In this document: positions 9,280 to 21,839 of the stretch, piece after piece
Position numbering within the stretch: position 1 is the first letter of the stretch
Layout: each line of letters opens with the position of its first letter
Assembly: GCA_964413015.1 (NCBI GenBank)
Contig: CAYPQZ010000014.1
Location: 459 to 64,458, forward strand
Source of the DNA: an uncultured Candidatus Saccharibacteria bacterium
Lineage (GTDB): Bacteria > Patescibacteriota > Minisyncoccia > Portnoybacterales > UBA2143
Length of the DNA: 64,000 bases
Direction: 5' to 3'
Made by a program: the position numbers and the translations under genes
The notes under the pieces: model-generated
Told to the model about the DNA's origin: nothing
The model's database searches: none
Seen by the model: only the letters and a program-made list of their open reading frames with translations

Positions 9280-11310
9280 ATGAATAAATCGGAAGCTAAA
9301 AAGAGAGCAACTAAATTAAAAGCGGTTATTAACCAGCACAATTATTGTTACCATGTTCTGGACAAGCCGGAAATTTCCGATGCCGTTTTTGATTCTTTAA
9401 AGCATGAATTGTATGAATTAGAACAGGAATATCCGGATTTAATTACTTCGGATTCGCCGACCCAGCGGGTCAGCGGCCAGGCTCTGGATAAGTTTACTAA
9501 AGTCAAACACAAGAAGAAGATGCTTTCTTTGGAGGATGTTTTTTACCAAGAGGAATTTGAGGCCTGGCAAAAACGGATTCAGAAATTGGTTCCTCATCAA
9601 AAATTTGACTATTTTGCCGAATTGAAAATAGACGGCTTCGCCATTGCCTTGATTTATAAAAATGGGTTTTTGGTCCAAGGAGCCACTCGGGGAGACGGGC
9701 TAATCGGCGAAGATGTTACTCAAAATCTAAAAACCATCCCCTCAATTCCTTTAAAATTGGAAATTCATCAAAAATTGCCTTCTTTGGCAATTGAGAAGAA
9801 GGTCAAACAGCTTCTTAAACAAGGCGAACTCGAGGTGCGCGGCGAGGTCTATATGACCAAACAGGCCTTTGAAAAAGTCAATCGTCAGCGGGAAAAGGAC
9901 AGCTTGCCTCTTTACGCCAATCCGCGCAATACCGCGGCCGGTAGTATTCGACAACTGAATCCTAAAATGGCTGCCTCTCGCCAGCTGGATTTTTTGGTTT
10001 ATGACATTGTTACCAATCTGGGGCAGGCAACTCACCAGCAGGGACATCGGATTGCACAAGCTTTGGGCTTTCGGATTGGCCAAGGACGGTATTGCCCTGA
10101 TTTGAAAAGGGCTATTGATTTTTGGCGAGAAATTGGGCAAACCAGAGACAAGCTTCCTTATTCAATCGATGGTGTAGTGGTTAGTGTTAATAGCAATCGG
10201 ATTTTCAAAAAATTAGGCGTAGTTGGCAAGACGCCTCGCGGGGCGATTGCTTTTAAGTTCCCGGCTAAGGAAGCGACTACCATCATTGAAGACATTATTA
10301 TTCAAGTCGGCCGGACCGGGGCTTTGACCCCAGTAGCTAAACTGAAGCCAATCCGGATTGGCGGCACTCTAGTTACCCGGGCCACCCTGCATAATGAAGA
10401 TGAAATTAAGCGGCTGGATGTTCGGATTGGCGACACGGTAATTGTCCAGCGGGCCGGCGACGTTATTCCGGATGTGGTTAGAACAATCAAGAAACTGCGT
10501 TCTGGCAAAGAAAAGAAATTCCGAATGCCCGAACGCTGTCCGGTTTGCGGCTTTAAAATTGTCCGTCCTAAAAGTGAAGCCGTCCATCGTTGTGCTAACC
10601 AACGATGCGGAGCTCAGCAAAGAAAGCGGCTGATTCATTTTGTTTCTAAAAAAGGATTTAATATTGAGGGGTTGGGTCCAAAAATCATTGAACAGCTTAT
10701 GGACGAAGGGCTTATTGCCGAACCGGCTGATTTTTTCTCTTTGACCCAGGGCGATTTAGCGCCTCTAGAGCGGTTTGCTGATAAATCCGCCCAGAATTTA
10801 ATAGCTGCGATTAACCAGAGCAAGGAAATTACTTTAGCTGATTTTATTTACTCTTTGGGAATTCGCCATGTTGGCGAAGAGACTTCTGTTGTTCTGGCAA
10901 AGCGCTTTGGCAGTTTAGAAAAGTTGCGCCGGGCAGAAACAAAAAAGCTTTCTGAAATTGAAGATGTCGGAGAAGTCATTGCCAAAAGCATTCGAGAGTG
11001 GTTTAATGATAAGAGGAATAAAGAAATTCTCAGCAACCTTCTTAAGGCCGGAGTGAAGATTAAAAAAGTCAAACCGTTTAAGCAAAAGTTAAAAGGCATA
11101 ACTTTTGTTCTGACTGGCGAATTAGGCAGTATTACTCGAGAACAAGCTAAAACAAGAATCAGGCAGTTAGGGGGCAAAGCTTCCGGTTCGATATCTCAAG
11201 AGACAGATTTTGTAGTGGTTGGTAGAGAGCCGGGGTCTAAATATGAAAAAGCCAAGAAACTGGGCGTGAAGATTATTAAAGAAAAGGAATTTTTGAAAAC
11301 AATCAAGTAA
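9280..11310 (+). CDS. ligA: NAD-dependent DNA ligase (likely start ATG 9280)
   Basis: ELKIDG adenylation motif, TRGDG, NPRN.AAGS, VGRTG, C4 Zn finger, BRCT. Confidence 0.98.
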   Translation: MNKSEAKKRATKLKAVINQHNYCYHVLDKPEISDAVFDSLKHELYELEQEYPDLITSDSPTQRVSGQALDKFTKVKHKKKMLSLEDVFYQEEFEAWQKRIQKLVPHQKFDYFAELKIDGFAIALIYKNGFLVQGATRGDGLIGEDVTQNLKTIPSIPLKLEIHQKLPSLAIEKKVKQLLKQGELEVRGEVYMTKQAFEKVNRQREKDSLPLYANPRNTAAGSIRQLNPKMAASRQLDFLVYDIVTNLGQATHQQGHRIAQALGFRIGQGRYCPDLKRAIDFWREIGQTRDKLPYSIDGVVVSVNSNRIFKKLGVVGKTPRGAIAFKFPAKEATTIIEDIIIQVGRTGALTPVAKLKPIRIGGTLVTRATLHNEDEIKRLDVRIGDTVIVQRAGDVIPDVVRTIKKLRSGKEKKFRMPERCPVCGFKIVRPKSEAVHRCANQRCGAQQRKRLIHFVSKKGFNIEGLGPKIIEQLMDEGLIAEPADFFSLTQGDLAPLERFADKSAQNLIAAINQSKEITLADFIYSLGIRHVGEETSVVLAKRFGSLEKLRRAETKKLSEIEDVGEVIAKSIREWFNDKRNKEILSNLLKAGVKIKKVKPFKQKLKGITFVLTGELGSITREQAKTRIRQLGGKASGSISQETDFVVVGREPGSKYEKAKKLGVKIIKEKEFLKTIK

Positions 11311-11380
11311 AATTATCAATTATCAATTTTCAATTTTTATTAAATTATCAATTCTTTAATTTTCAAAAATAAGAAATTAT
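11311..11380. repeat. AT-rich degenerate heptamer array (AATTWTC)
   Basis: aattatc aattatc aattttc aattttt ... aattatc aattctt taattttc between ligA and gatC. Confidence 0.6.
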
Positions 11381-11384
11381 ATTC

Positions 11385-11663
11385 ATGATTGATGTTGAAC
11401 ATATAGCCAAATTGGCCAGATTAGGCCTGTCTGGCAAGGAAAAGAATAGGCTGAAAAAAGAACTCTCAGCTATTTTAGATTTTGTCAATAAATTAGATGA
11501 AATTAGGACGGATAAAATTGAACCAACAGCCCAAGTAACCGGTCTGAAAAACGTGGTTCGGGAAGATAAAGGTCAGAAAAGAACCGAGCAAGAATCCCAA
11601 AAATTATTAAAGTTAGCTCCGGAAACCAAAGACGGTTATGTAAAAGTTAAAGCGATATTGTGA
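11385..11663 (+). CDS. gatC: Asp/Glu-tRNA amidotransferase subunit C
   Basis: VEHIAKLARL...ILDFVNKL...NVVRED...APE...GYVKVKAIL. Confidence 0.95.
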   Translation: MIDVEHIAKLARLGLSGKEKNRLKKELSAILDFVNKLDEIRTDKIEPTAQVTGLKNVVREDKGQKRTEQESQKLLKLAPETKDGYVKVKAIL

Positions 11664-11666
11664 TAT

Positions 11667-13082
11667 ATGTCTCTTAATGAATTAACAATTGCTAAAGCTC
11701 ATGACGGTCTTGTGAGTAAAAAATTTTCCGCGGTAGAATTAACAGAGGCGGCCTTAAATCAGATAAGAAAAAAAGACAAAGAGATTCACGCTTTTTTGAC
11801 GGTGACTGAAGGACTGGCTTTAAGGCAAGCCCGGAAAATAGATAAAAAGATTCAAAACAAAGAGCCAATCGGGCCTTTAGCCGGAATTCCTATGGCAGTA
11901 AAAGACATTATTTCGGTTGAAGACGTTGAATGCACCGCTGGTTCCAAAATCTTGGAAAACTATATCGCGCCTTATGACGCCACCGCGGTTAAGCATCTAA
12001 AAAAGAGCGGGGCGGTGATTGTTGGCAAAACCAATCAAGATGAGTTTGGAATGGGTTCATCAGGCGAAAATTCGGCTTTTGGGCCGACCAAAAACCCTTT
12101 TGATTTAGAAAGGGTTGCTGGAGGAAGTTCAAGCGGCTCAGCTGCGGCGATAGCCGCTGAAGAATGTCTCTTTTCTTTAGGAAGCGATACCGGTGGCTCG
12201 GTTCGCTTGCCGGCTTCTTTCTGCGGGCTGACTGGACTAAAACCAACCTATGGCCGGATTTCCCGATATGGATTAATAGCTTTTGCTTCTTCCCTGGACA
12301 CAATTGGTTTAATAGCCAAAACTGCCGGAGATATCCGGGATATTTTTGAAACGGTCAAAGGCAAAGACGAAATGGATTCAACCAGCATGGATTCGCCAAA
12401 TAACAGCGTTTCGGATAAAACATTGGTTAAAGATTTAAAGATTGGCCTGCCTAAAGAGTACTTTGTTGAAGGAATTGATCCGGAAGTGGAAAAAGTAGTT
12501 AGGAAGGCAATTGCTCAATATGAATCTCTGGGGGCTCAAGTCACTGAAGTTAGTTTGCCGCATACCGAATACGCCTTGCCCTGCTATTATATCATCATGC
12601 CGGCAGAAGCCTCGGCTAATTTGTCCCGTTACGACAGTATTAAATACGGCCTTTCAGTTAAAAAAGACAATCTTTTAGAAAGTTATTTTAAAACCCGCCA
12701 ACAGGGTTTTGGCGATGAAGTTAGGCGGCGAATTATGATTGGCACTTATGTTTTGTCAGCTGGCTATTATGACGCCTATTATCTGAAAGCCCAGAAAGTA
12801 AGAACCTTGATTAGACATGACTTTGATAAAGTCTTTGAAAAAGTTGACGTTTTAATGGCGCCAACCTCTCCTTTTACGGCTTTTAAACTAGGAGAAAAAA
12901 CGGATGATCCGATTTCTATGTATCTTTCGGATATCTATACGGCTCCAGCTAGCCTATCCGGCTTGCCGAGTGTTTCGGTTCCTTGCGGGGAAATCGGCAA
13001 ATTGCCGGTCGGCCTGCAAATTATTGGTCAACAGTTTGACGATGAAAAAATTCTCCAAATAGCCGGGGAATATGCCCAGTAA
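11667..13082 (+). CDS. gatA: Asp/Glu-tRNA amidotransferase subunit A
   Basis: GIPMAVKD, GKTNQDEFGMGSS, GGSSSGSAAA, GSDTGGSVRLPA, EVRRRIMIG. Confidence 0.98.
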   Translation: MSLNELTIAKAHDGLVSKKFSAVELTEAALNQIRKKDKEIHAFLTVTEGLALRQARKIDKKIQNKEPIGPLAGIPMAVKDIISVEDVECTAGSKILENYIAPYDATAVKHLKKSGAVIVGKTNQDEFGMGSSGENSAFGPTKNPFDLERVAGGSSSGSAAAIAAEECLFSLGSDTGGSVRLPASFCGLTGLKPTYGRISRYGLIAFASSLDTIGLIAKTAGDIRDIFETVKGKDEMDSTSMDSPNNSVSDKTLVKDLKIGLPKEYFVEGIDPEVEKVVRKAIAQYESLGAQVTEVSLPHTEYALPCYYIIMPAEASANLSRYDSIKYGLSVKKDNLLESYFKTRQQGFGDEVRRRIMIGTYVLSAGYYDAYYLKAQKVRTLIRHDFDKVFEKVDVLMAPTSPFTAFKLGEKTDDPISMYLSDIYTAPASLSGLPSVSVPCGEIGKLPVGLQIIGQQFDDEKILQIAGEYAQ

Positions 13083-13211
13083 TAAAACTTTAATAGATAA
13101 TTTTCAAAGAAAATTATCACAAGATACTGTGCATCAAATAATTTTATATTGGCGACAATTTTGATTCTTTGGTAAAACCATTCTACCGAAATCAAAGTTT
13201 TGCTACCAGGC

Positions 13212-13745
13212 ATGAGAACAGCGTTTTATGAAATCCAAGAGTTTTTAACTGATTATTTTGGTTCCGTTGATTGGCAGAATATTATTTTAGCTCTGAAAAT
13301 CATTTCAGTAATTTTTTCCTGTTTGCTTTTAGTTGCCATCGTTTTGTTAATTGCCAGAATCAAAGAAGATTTGGATAGATTTATGGGAACGGTATCGGAG
13401 AGAACCATGGCTGCCGGCTTGCCTGGGAAAAAAATGGACAGCCAATGGCATACAATTTTTGAAAAACTGGAAAGCGATAACGAAAGCGATTATAAATTAG
13501 CGGTAATTGAGGCGGATAAAATTTTAGACGGTCTGTTAAAAGACAGGGGATATTATGGAGAAGATATGGGCGAGCGGCTGAAACAGGCGAATTCTGAAAA
13601 ACTGCCTAATCTTGATGAACTTTGGCAGGCGCATAAAGTTCGCAACCGGATTGCTCATGAAACGGATTTTCAGTTAAATCAATCTCAGGCCAGAAGAGCG
13701 GTTGAAATCTACCGGCGCGCCTTTCAGGACTTAGAACAAATGTAA
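13212..13745 (+). CDS. Conserved hypothetical membrane-anchored protein
   Basis: Single TM helix then W...KLAVIEADKILD..L...G.GEDMGERL...AHKVRNRIAH pattern. Confidence 0.75.
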   Translation: MRTAFYEIQEFLTDYFGSVDWQNIILALKIISVIFSCLLLVAIVLLIARIKEDLDRFMGTVSERTMAAGLPGKKMDSQWHTIFEKLESDNESDYKLAVIEADKILDGLLKDRGYYGEDMGERLKQANSEKLPNLDELWQAHKVRNRIAHETDFQLNQSQARRAVEIYRRAFQDLEQM

Positions 13746-13756
13746 ATTTCTGAAGC

Positions 13757-13786
13757 AAAAAAACAACCTTTCAAGGCTGTTTTTTT
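13757..13786. terminator. Bidirectional intrinsic terminator
   Basis: aaaaaaacaacctt-tc-aaggctgttttttt between convergent CDS and tRNA cluster. Confidence 0.65.
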
Positions 13787-13994
13787 AATTAAGTTTCTGA
13801 CCGGAGCAAAAAGAATGTCCAAGCATCCTTTTGAATTTAAGAAATAAATATTTATAATAAAATACTTGCTTTAGTGTAAAACCGCTTTAGCGAGCTTTTT
13901 ATATTTGAGAACATTTATGTATGACGGAGCCAATCTCGATTTTAATCGGGATAATCTCCCCGCAAATAGTGCGGGGCGCTTTAAACTAATTTGT

Positions 13995-14071
13995 TGGCGG
14001 GAGCGACCGGACTCGAACCGGCAACCTTCTGCGTGACAGGCAGATGCTCTGACCAATTGAGCTACACCCCC
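13995..14071 (-). tRNA. tRNA-Asp(GTC), CCA encoded
   Basis: Reverse complement GGGGGTGTAGCTCAATTGGTCAGAGCATCTGCCTGTCACGCAGAAGGTTGCCGGTTCGAGTCCGGTCGCTCCCGCCA folds as a cloverleaf. Confidence 0.95.
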
Positions 14072-14081
14072 TTATTTTTAG

Positions 14082-14155
<74 letters not shown>

Positions 14156-14161
14156 ACAATT

Positions 14162-14260
14162 ATCTTGTAATTTGTGTGAGTAATTTGTAATTAGGGATAA
14201 ATTTTTACTTTAATACTTTCTTCCTCGCGCTAACTACTAAATACTAACTACCAAATACTC
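14162..14260. repeat. Heptamer-based imperfect palindromic spacer between tRNAs
   Basis: ttgtaatttgtgtgagtaatttgtaattag ... ctaactactaaatactaactaccaaatact. Confidence 0.5.
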
Positions 14261-14287
14261 AAATTTTTGCGTCAGCAAAAATTTATG

Positions 14288-14358
14288 TTGCGGGGCCGGG
14301 AGTTGCACCCGGGTCTTGAGGTTATGGGCCTCATGAGATACTACTTCTCCACCCCGCA
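14288..14358 (-). tRNA. tRNA-Met(CAT), probable initiator, with atypical loops
   Basis: TGCGGGGTGGAGAAGTAGTATCTCATGAGGCCCATAACCTCAAGACCCGGGTGCAACTCCCGGCCCCGCAA. Confidence 0.85.
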
Positions 14359-14449
14359 GTGGTATTATAATTGATAATCTTATTAATGGCAAGCATTTTG
14401 CTCATTTTGTGTCCTTGCTTTGTCTGTTAAAATGGAGTAAAATAAAAAT

Positions 14450-14842
14450 ATGAATCTCTCAATATACTTAACGGGGTTGGTTTTGACTACGTTTTTAGCC
14501 GGAGCCTGTTTAGGGGCGATTCTGATTTATTTCAATCCGAATATGTCAAATTTGCTTGTTTATATTCTTTTCTATTTAAGTTTGTTTATCAGTTCGGCAG
14601 GATTTTTCACCTTATTTGGCTTAGCGGGCAGGTGGTTTTCTCAAAAAAAAATTCTCCGCTCGCGCTCTTCAACCAGCCGGGCGGCGCACCAATTGGAAAC
14701 TTCTTTTCGCCAGGGTCTGCTTTTGGCGGTTATCTTGACCGGAGTTTTGATTTTACAGAGTCAAAGGTCATTAACTTGGTGGTGTCTGGTAATTTTAGTC
14801 GGCTTGTCAGGCCTAGTTGAATACTGGCTAGGTCGAAGATAA
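14450..14842 (+). CDS. Hypothetical four-TM membrane protein
   Basis: Four hydrophobic segments, SFRQG motif. Confidence 0.75.
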   Translation: MNLSIYLTGLVLTTFLAGACLGAILIYFNPNMSNLLVYILFYLSLFISSAGFFTLFGLAGRWFSQKKILRSRSSTSRAAHQLETSFRQGLLLAVILTGVLILQSQRSLTWWCLVILVGLSGLVEYWLGRR

Positions 14843-14853
14843 TTTTAATAATT

Positions 14854-15864
14854 ATGCTTAATAAGCTAAAAGAAAATTTTGTAAATGAAATAAAAAAAGC
14901 CAATAATCTAGAAACGCTTGAAAATATTTACAAAAAGTATCTTGGTCGTAAAGGTGAGCTGACCAATATTTTGCGTTCTCTAAAAAGGTTGCCCGAAAAA
15001 GAACGCAAACAAAAAGGCCGGACGGCCAATCAGCTAAAACAAGAAATAGGGGATATTTTAAAACAAAAGAGATGCGAGATACCTGCCCGCAATGCTACGC
15101 ATAGTGTTGCAGGCGGGCGAGACGCGAAACACGAAATACGGAACGGTTGGCTTGACGTGAGCGCTCCGGGCGTTTCTTTGCCCGAAGGGCATTCCCATCC
15201 AATCAGTTTGGTTCAAAAAGAAGTGGAAGACATTTTCCAATCCATGGGGTTTTCAGTGATTGAAGGCCCAGAGGTTGAGACTGAATATTATAACTTTGAC
15301 GCTTTAAATATTCCCAAAAACCATCCAGCCCGGGATTTATGGGACACTTTTTGGCTCAAGGACGTTAATTTGCTGTTACGGACTCATACTTCGCCGATGC
15401 AGGCCCGTTATATGGAGAAACATCAACCGCCTTTGCGAATTATTGTCCCAGGCCGCTGTTTCCGTCATGAAGCAACTGATGCTTCACATGATGTTCAGTT
15501 CTACCAAGTAGAAGGTCTGATGGTCGGCCAGGATATTTCAGTGGTTCATTTTAAAGGAGTCATTGAAGGATTTTTAAAAAGATTTTTTCATCCGGATATT
15601 GAGATGCGTTTAAGGCCGGGCTATTTCCCGTTTACTGAACCCAGCTTTGAGATTGATGCCAGAAGGAAGGGGCAGAAATGGCTGGAGTTGATGGGGGCCG
15701 GTATGGTCCATCAGAATGTTTTTAAAGAAGCCGGCTATCCTTTAAGGAAATGGCAGGGTTTTGCTTTTGGCATGTGTCCAGATAGATTAGCCATGCTTAA
15801 ATACAAAATTGACGATATTCGATTGTTCTATTCAGGCGATTTAAGATTTTTAAAACAGTTTTAA
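14854..15864 (+). CDS. pheS: Phenylalanine--tRNA ligase alpha subunit (carries an in-frame repeat insertion)
   Basis: YLGRKG, NFDALNIP..HPARD..DTF, LLRTHTSP, YFPFTEPS. Confidence 0.98.
   Translation: MLNKLKENFVNEIKKANNLETLENIYKKYLGRKGELTNILRSLKRLPEKERKQKGRTANQLKQEIGDILKQKRCEIPARNATHSVAGGRDAKHEIRNGWLDVSAPGVSLPEGHSHPISLVQKEVEDIFQSMGFSVIEGPEVETEYYNFDALNIPKNHPARDLWDTFWLKDVNLLLRTHTSPMQARYMEKHQPPLRIIVPGRCFRHEATDASHDVQFYQVEGLMVGQDISVVHFKGVIEGFLKRFFHPDIEMRLRPGYFPFTEPSFEIDARRKGQKWLELMGAGMVHQNVFKEAGYPLRKWQGFAFGMCPDRLAMLKYKIDDIRLFYSGDLRFLKQF
15082..15117 (+). repeat. 36-bp palindromic element inserted in frame in pheS (PARNATHSVAGG)
   Basis: cctgcccgcaatgctacgcatagtgttgcaggcggg; copies at 20364-20400 (-) and 54048-54083 (+). 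Confidence 0.85.
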
Positions 15865-15889
15865 TTTTTTAATCTAAGGGGACTATGGC

Positions 15890-16411
15890 ATGAGTAACAA
15901 AGAAGGATTTACTTTAATTGAGCTGTTGGTCGTTATAGCTATTGTCGGTCTTTTGGCCAGTATTGTTTTGGTCAGTTTGAGTAATGCTCGGGAAAAAGCA
16001 AGAGACGCTAAAAGATTATCAGACGTCCATCAAATAATTCTTGCTCTAGAAATGTATTACGATGCTAACGGTCGTTATCCTTCTATCTCCGGCGATGATT
16101 GTTGTAACGGTTGGGACCAAGGGCCATGCGGCACAGACCCATTCATTGGCGCTTTAGAAACAGCTAATTTAGTAAACAAAGTTCCGATTGACCCGAAAGG
16201 TGGTTCTGGCACTAATTGTTATGGATACAATTATTATCGTTATGGAGCCGGTAGCTATGATTGTGATGCTTCACGGAGACCTTTCTATGTCTTGGGGATT
16301 CGCGATATGGAAAACAGCGGCCGACCGCATCCGAATAGCCCTGGCTGGAGTTGCCCTTTACGAAATTGGCAGAATGAATTTGACTGGGTAACCGGCGGAT
16401 TTGAAAAATAG
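15890..16411 (+). CDS. Type IV pilin / GspG-like prepilin
   Basis: GFTLIELLVVIAIVGLLASIV N-methylation motif, AREKARDAKR.SD, Cys-rich C-terminus. Confidence 0.9.
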   Translation: MSNKEGFTLIELLVVIAIVGLLASIVLVSLSNAREKARDAKRLSDVHQIILALEMYYDANGRYPSISGDDCCNGWDQGPCGTDPFIGALETANLVNKVPIDPKGGSGTNCYGYNYYRYGAGSYDCDASRRPFYVLGIRDMENSGRPHPNSPGWSCPLRNWQNEFDWVTGGFEK

Positions 16412-16417
16412 AAAAAT

Positions 16418-20298
<3,881 letters not shown>

Positions 20299-20300
20299 CA

Positions 20301-20427
20301 AAAAATTTTGTAATTTTTAAATAATTTTTAATGTCTTAATGTTTAAAAATTAAGATTTATTTACCCGTTTGCTAAAGCTATGTTTTGCATTGCGGGCAGG
20401 TAAAATCAAAAATTAGAAATTAAAATT
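20301..20427 (-). repeat. Inverted copy of the 112-bp AT-rich element flanking rnc, with a nested 37-bp palindromic insertion (20364-20400)
   Basis: aatttttaaataatttttaatg and aaattaagatttattta match the reverse complement of 51343-51454; the insert is the reverse complement of the pheS element. Confidence 0.75.
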
Positions 20428-20437
20428 GTTATTCGGA

Positions 20438-20466
20438 TTGACATATATTTAATTAAGATATACTAT
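20438..20466 (+). promoter_or_regulatory. Sigma70-type promoter for secE-nusG-rplK
   Basis: TTGACA-17 nt-TACTAT. Confidence 0.6.
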
Positions 20467-20501
20467 GGGGTAATTAATACCCCTAAGGGGGTTTTTAAGT
20501 A

Positions 20502-20702
20502 ATGAAAATTAGTCAATTGCCTCAAAAAGGAATAACTTTTCTAAAAGAAGTCCGGATTGAATTAAAACGGGTAACTTGGCTTACGCGTCGGGAAACGGTT
20601 AAGCATACTTTAGTAGTGATTGGCTTTTCTCTGGCAGTAGCCGCTTTTCTAGGCGGTCTGGACTTTTTGTTCAATTGGCTGTTAGACGAGTTTATTATAT
20701 AA
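20502..20702 (+). CDS. secE: Preprotein translocase subunit SecE
   Basis: FLKEVRIELKRVTWLTRRE...FLGGLD; upstream of nusG. Confidence 0.95.
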   Translation: MKISQLPQKGITFLKEVRIELKRVTWLTRRETVKHTLVVIGFSLAVAAFLGGLDFLFNWLLDEFII

Positions 20703-20705
20703 ATC

Positions 20706-21248
20706 ATGCCTAAACAGATACAACAGGGAAAAAATTGGTACGTCCTTCATACCTATTCTAATTACGAAGAAGCTGTGGCCAGGAATCTGAAACAGCGGAT
20801 TGAGTCAATGGGCATGGAAGACAAGATTTTTAATGTTTTAATCCCGACCGAGAAGAAAATTAAGATTAAGTCAGGCAAGCGCTACGTGGTTGAAGAAAAA
20901 ATCTATCCCGGCTATGTTTTAGTGGAAATGATTGTGACTGACGATTCTTGGTATGTTGTCAGAAACACTCCTCGGGTGACCGGTTTTATCGGCGCCGGGA
21001 CGATTCCAACGCCCATTTCCAAAGATGAGATTAAATCTTTACAGAAACGAATGGGTGTGGAAGAACCGAAGTACAAGATTGATGTGGTTGTGGGCAATGC
21101 AGTTAAGATTATTGACGGGCCGTTTAAGGACTATGACGGCAAAATTTCTGAAGTTGACGAGAAGCGCGGTAAAATCAAAGTGCTAGTTTCAATGTTCGGC
21201 CGGGAAACGCCGGTTGAATTAGATTTTTTACAAGTGAAGAAAATATAA
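20706..21248 (+). CDS. nusG: Transcription termination/antitermination factor NusG
   Basis: [30 protein letters not shown] motif [13 protein letters not shown]. Confidence 0.98.
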   Translation: MPKQIQQGKNWYVLHTYSNYEEAVARNLKQRIESMGMEDKIFNVLIPTEKKIKIKSGKRYVVEEKIYPGYVLVEMIVTDDSWYVVRNTPRVTGFIGAGTIPTPISKDEIKSLQKRMGVEEPKYKIDVVVGNAVKIIDGPFKDYDGKISEVDEKRGKIKVLVSMFGRETPVELDFLQVKKI

Positions 21249-21250
21249 AC

Positions 21251-21673
21251 ATGGCTAAGGAAATTAAAACAATTATAAAGCTTCAGATTCAGGCCGGGCA
21301 GGCTAATCCGGCGCCGCCGGTTGGTCCGGCTTTGGGCCAACACGGCTTGAACATCCAGGACTTCTGCACTAAGTTTAATGAAGCTACCAAAGAGATGCCC
21401 GGCGATGTGATTCCGGTGGAAATTACGGTTTACGAAGACCGGACTTTTAGCTTTAAATTGAAAACGCCGCCGGCTTCTGATTTGTTAAAAAAAGCGGCCG
21501 GTTTAGAAAAGGGCTCCGGGGATCCATTAAAAAACAAAGTGGGCAAAGTGACTAAAGAGCAGATTCGTCAAATTGCCGAGAAGAAAATGCCTGATCTGAA
21601 TGCCTACAATTTAGAAGAAGCGGAAAAAATCATAGAGGGCACGGCGCGCTCTATGGGGATTGAGGTAAAATAG
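21251..21673 (+). CDS. rplK: 50S ribosomal protein L11
   Basis: [31 protein letters not shown]. Confidence 0.98.
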   Translation: MAKEIKTIIKLQIQAGQANPAPPVGPALGQHGLNIQDFCTKFNEATKEMPGDVIPVEITVYEDRTFSFKLKTPPASDLLKKAAGLEKGSGDPLKNKVGKVTKEQIRQIAEKKMPDLNAYNLEEAEKIIEGTARSMGIEVK

Positions 21674-21839
21674 GGATTGAAGTAAAATAAAGTTTATAGG
21701 AGGGACAGAAAATAATCTGTCCTTTTAAGTTCATTTAAAATTAAGAAAGGAGATGATAGCTGTGGAAAGATTAACCTCGCACCAGGAAAAATTCGTTGCG
21801 GGGCTTTATTTTTCCCTTTTTTTAGAGTAGGATAAAAAT

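Noticed and set aside
21747-21830. 25-codon ORF with AAGGAG SD after rplK as an rplA remnant or leader peptide
   Set aside because: No L1 similarity and it overlaps a terminator-like hairpin; at most an unidentifiable gene scar
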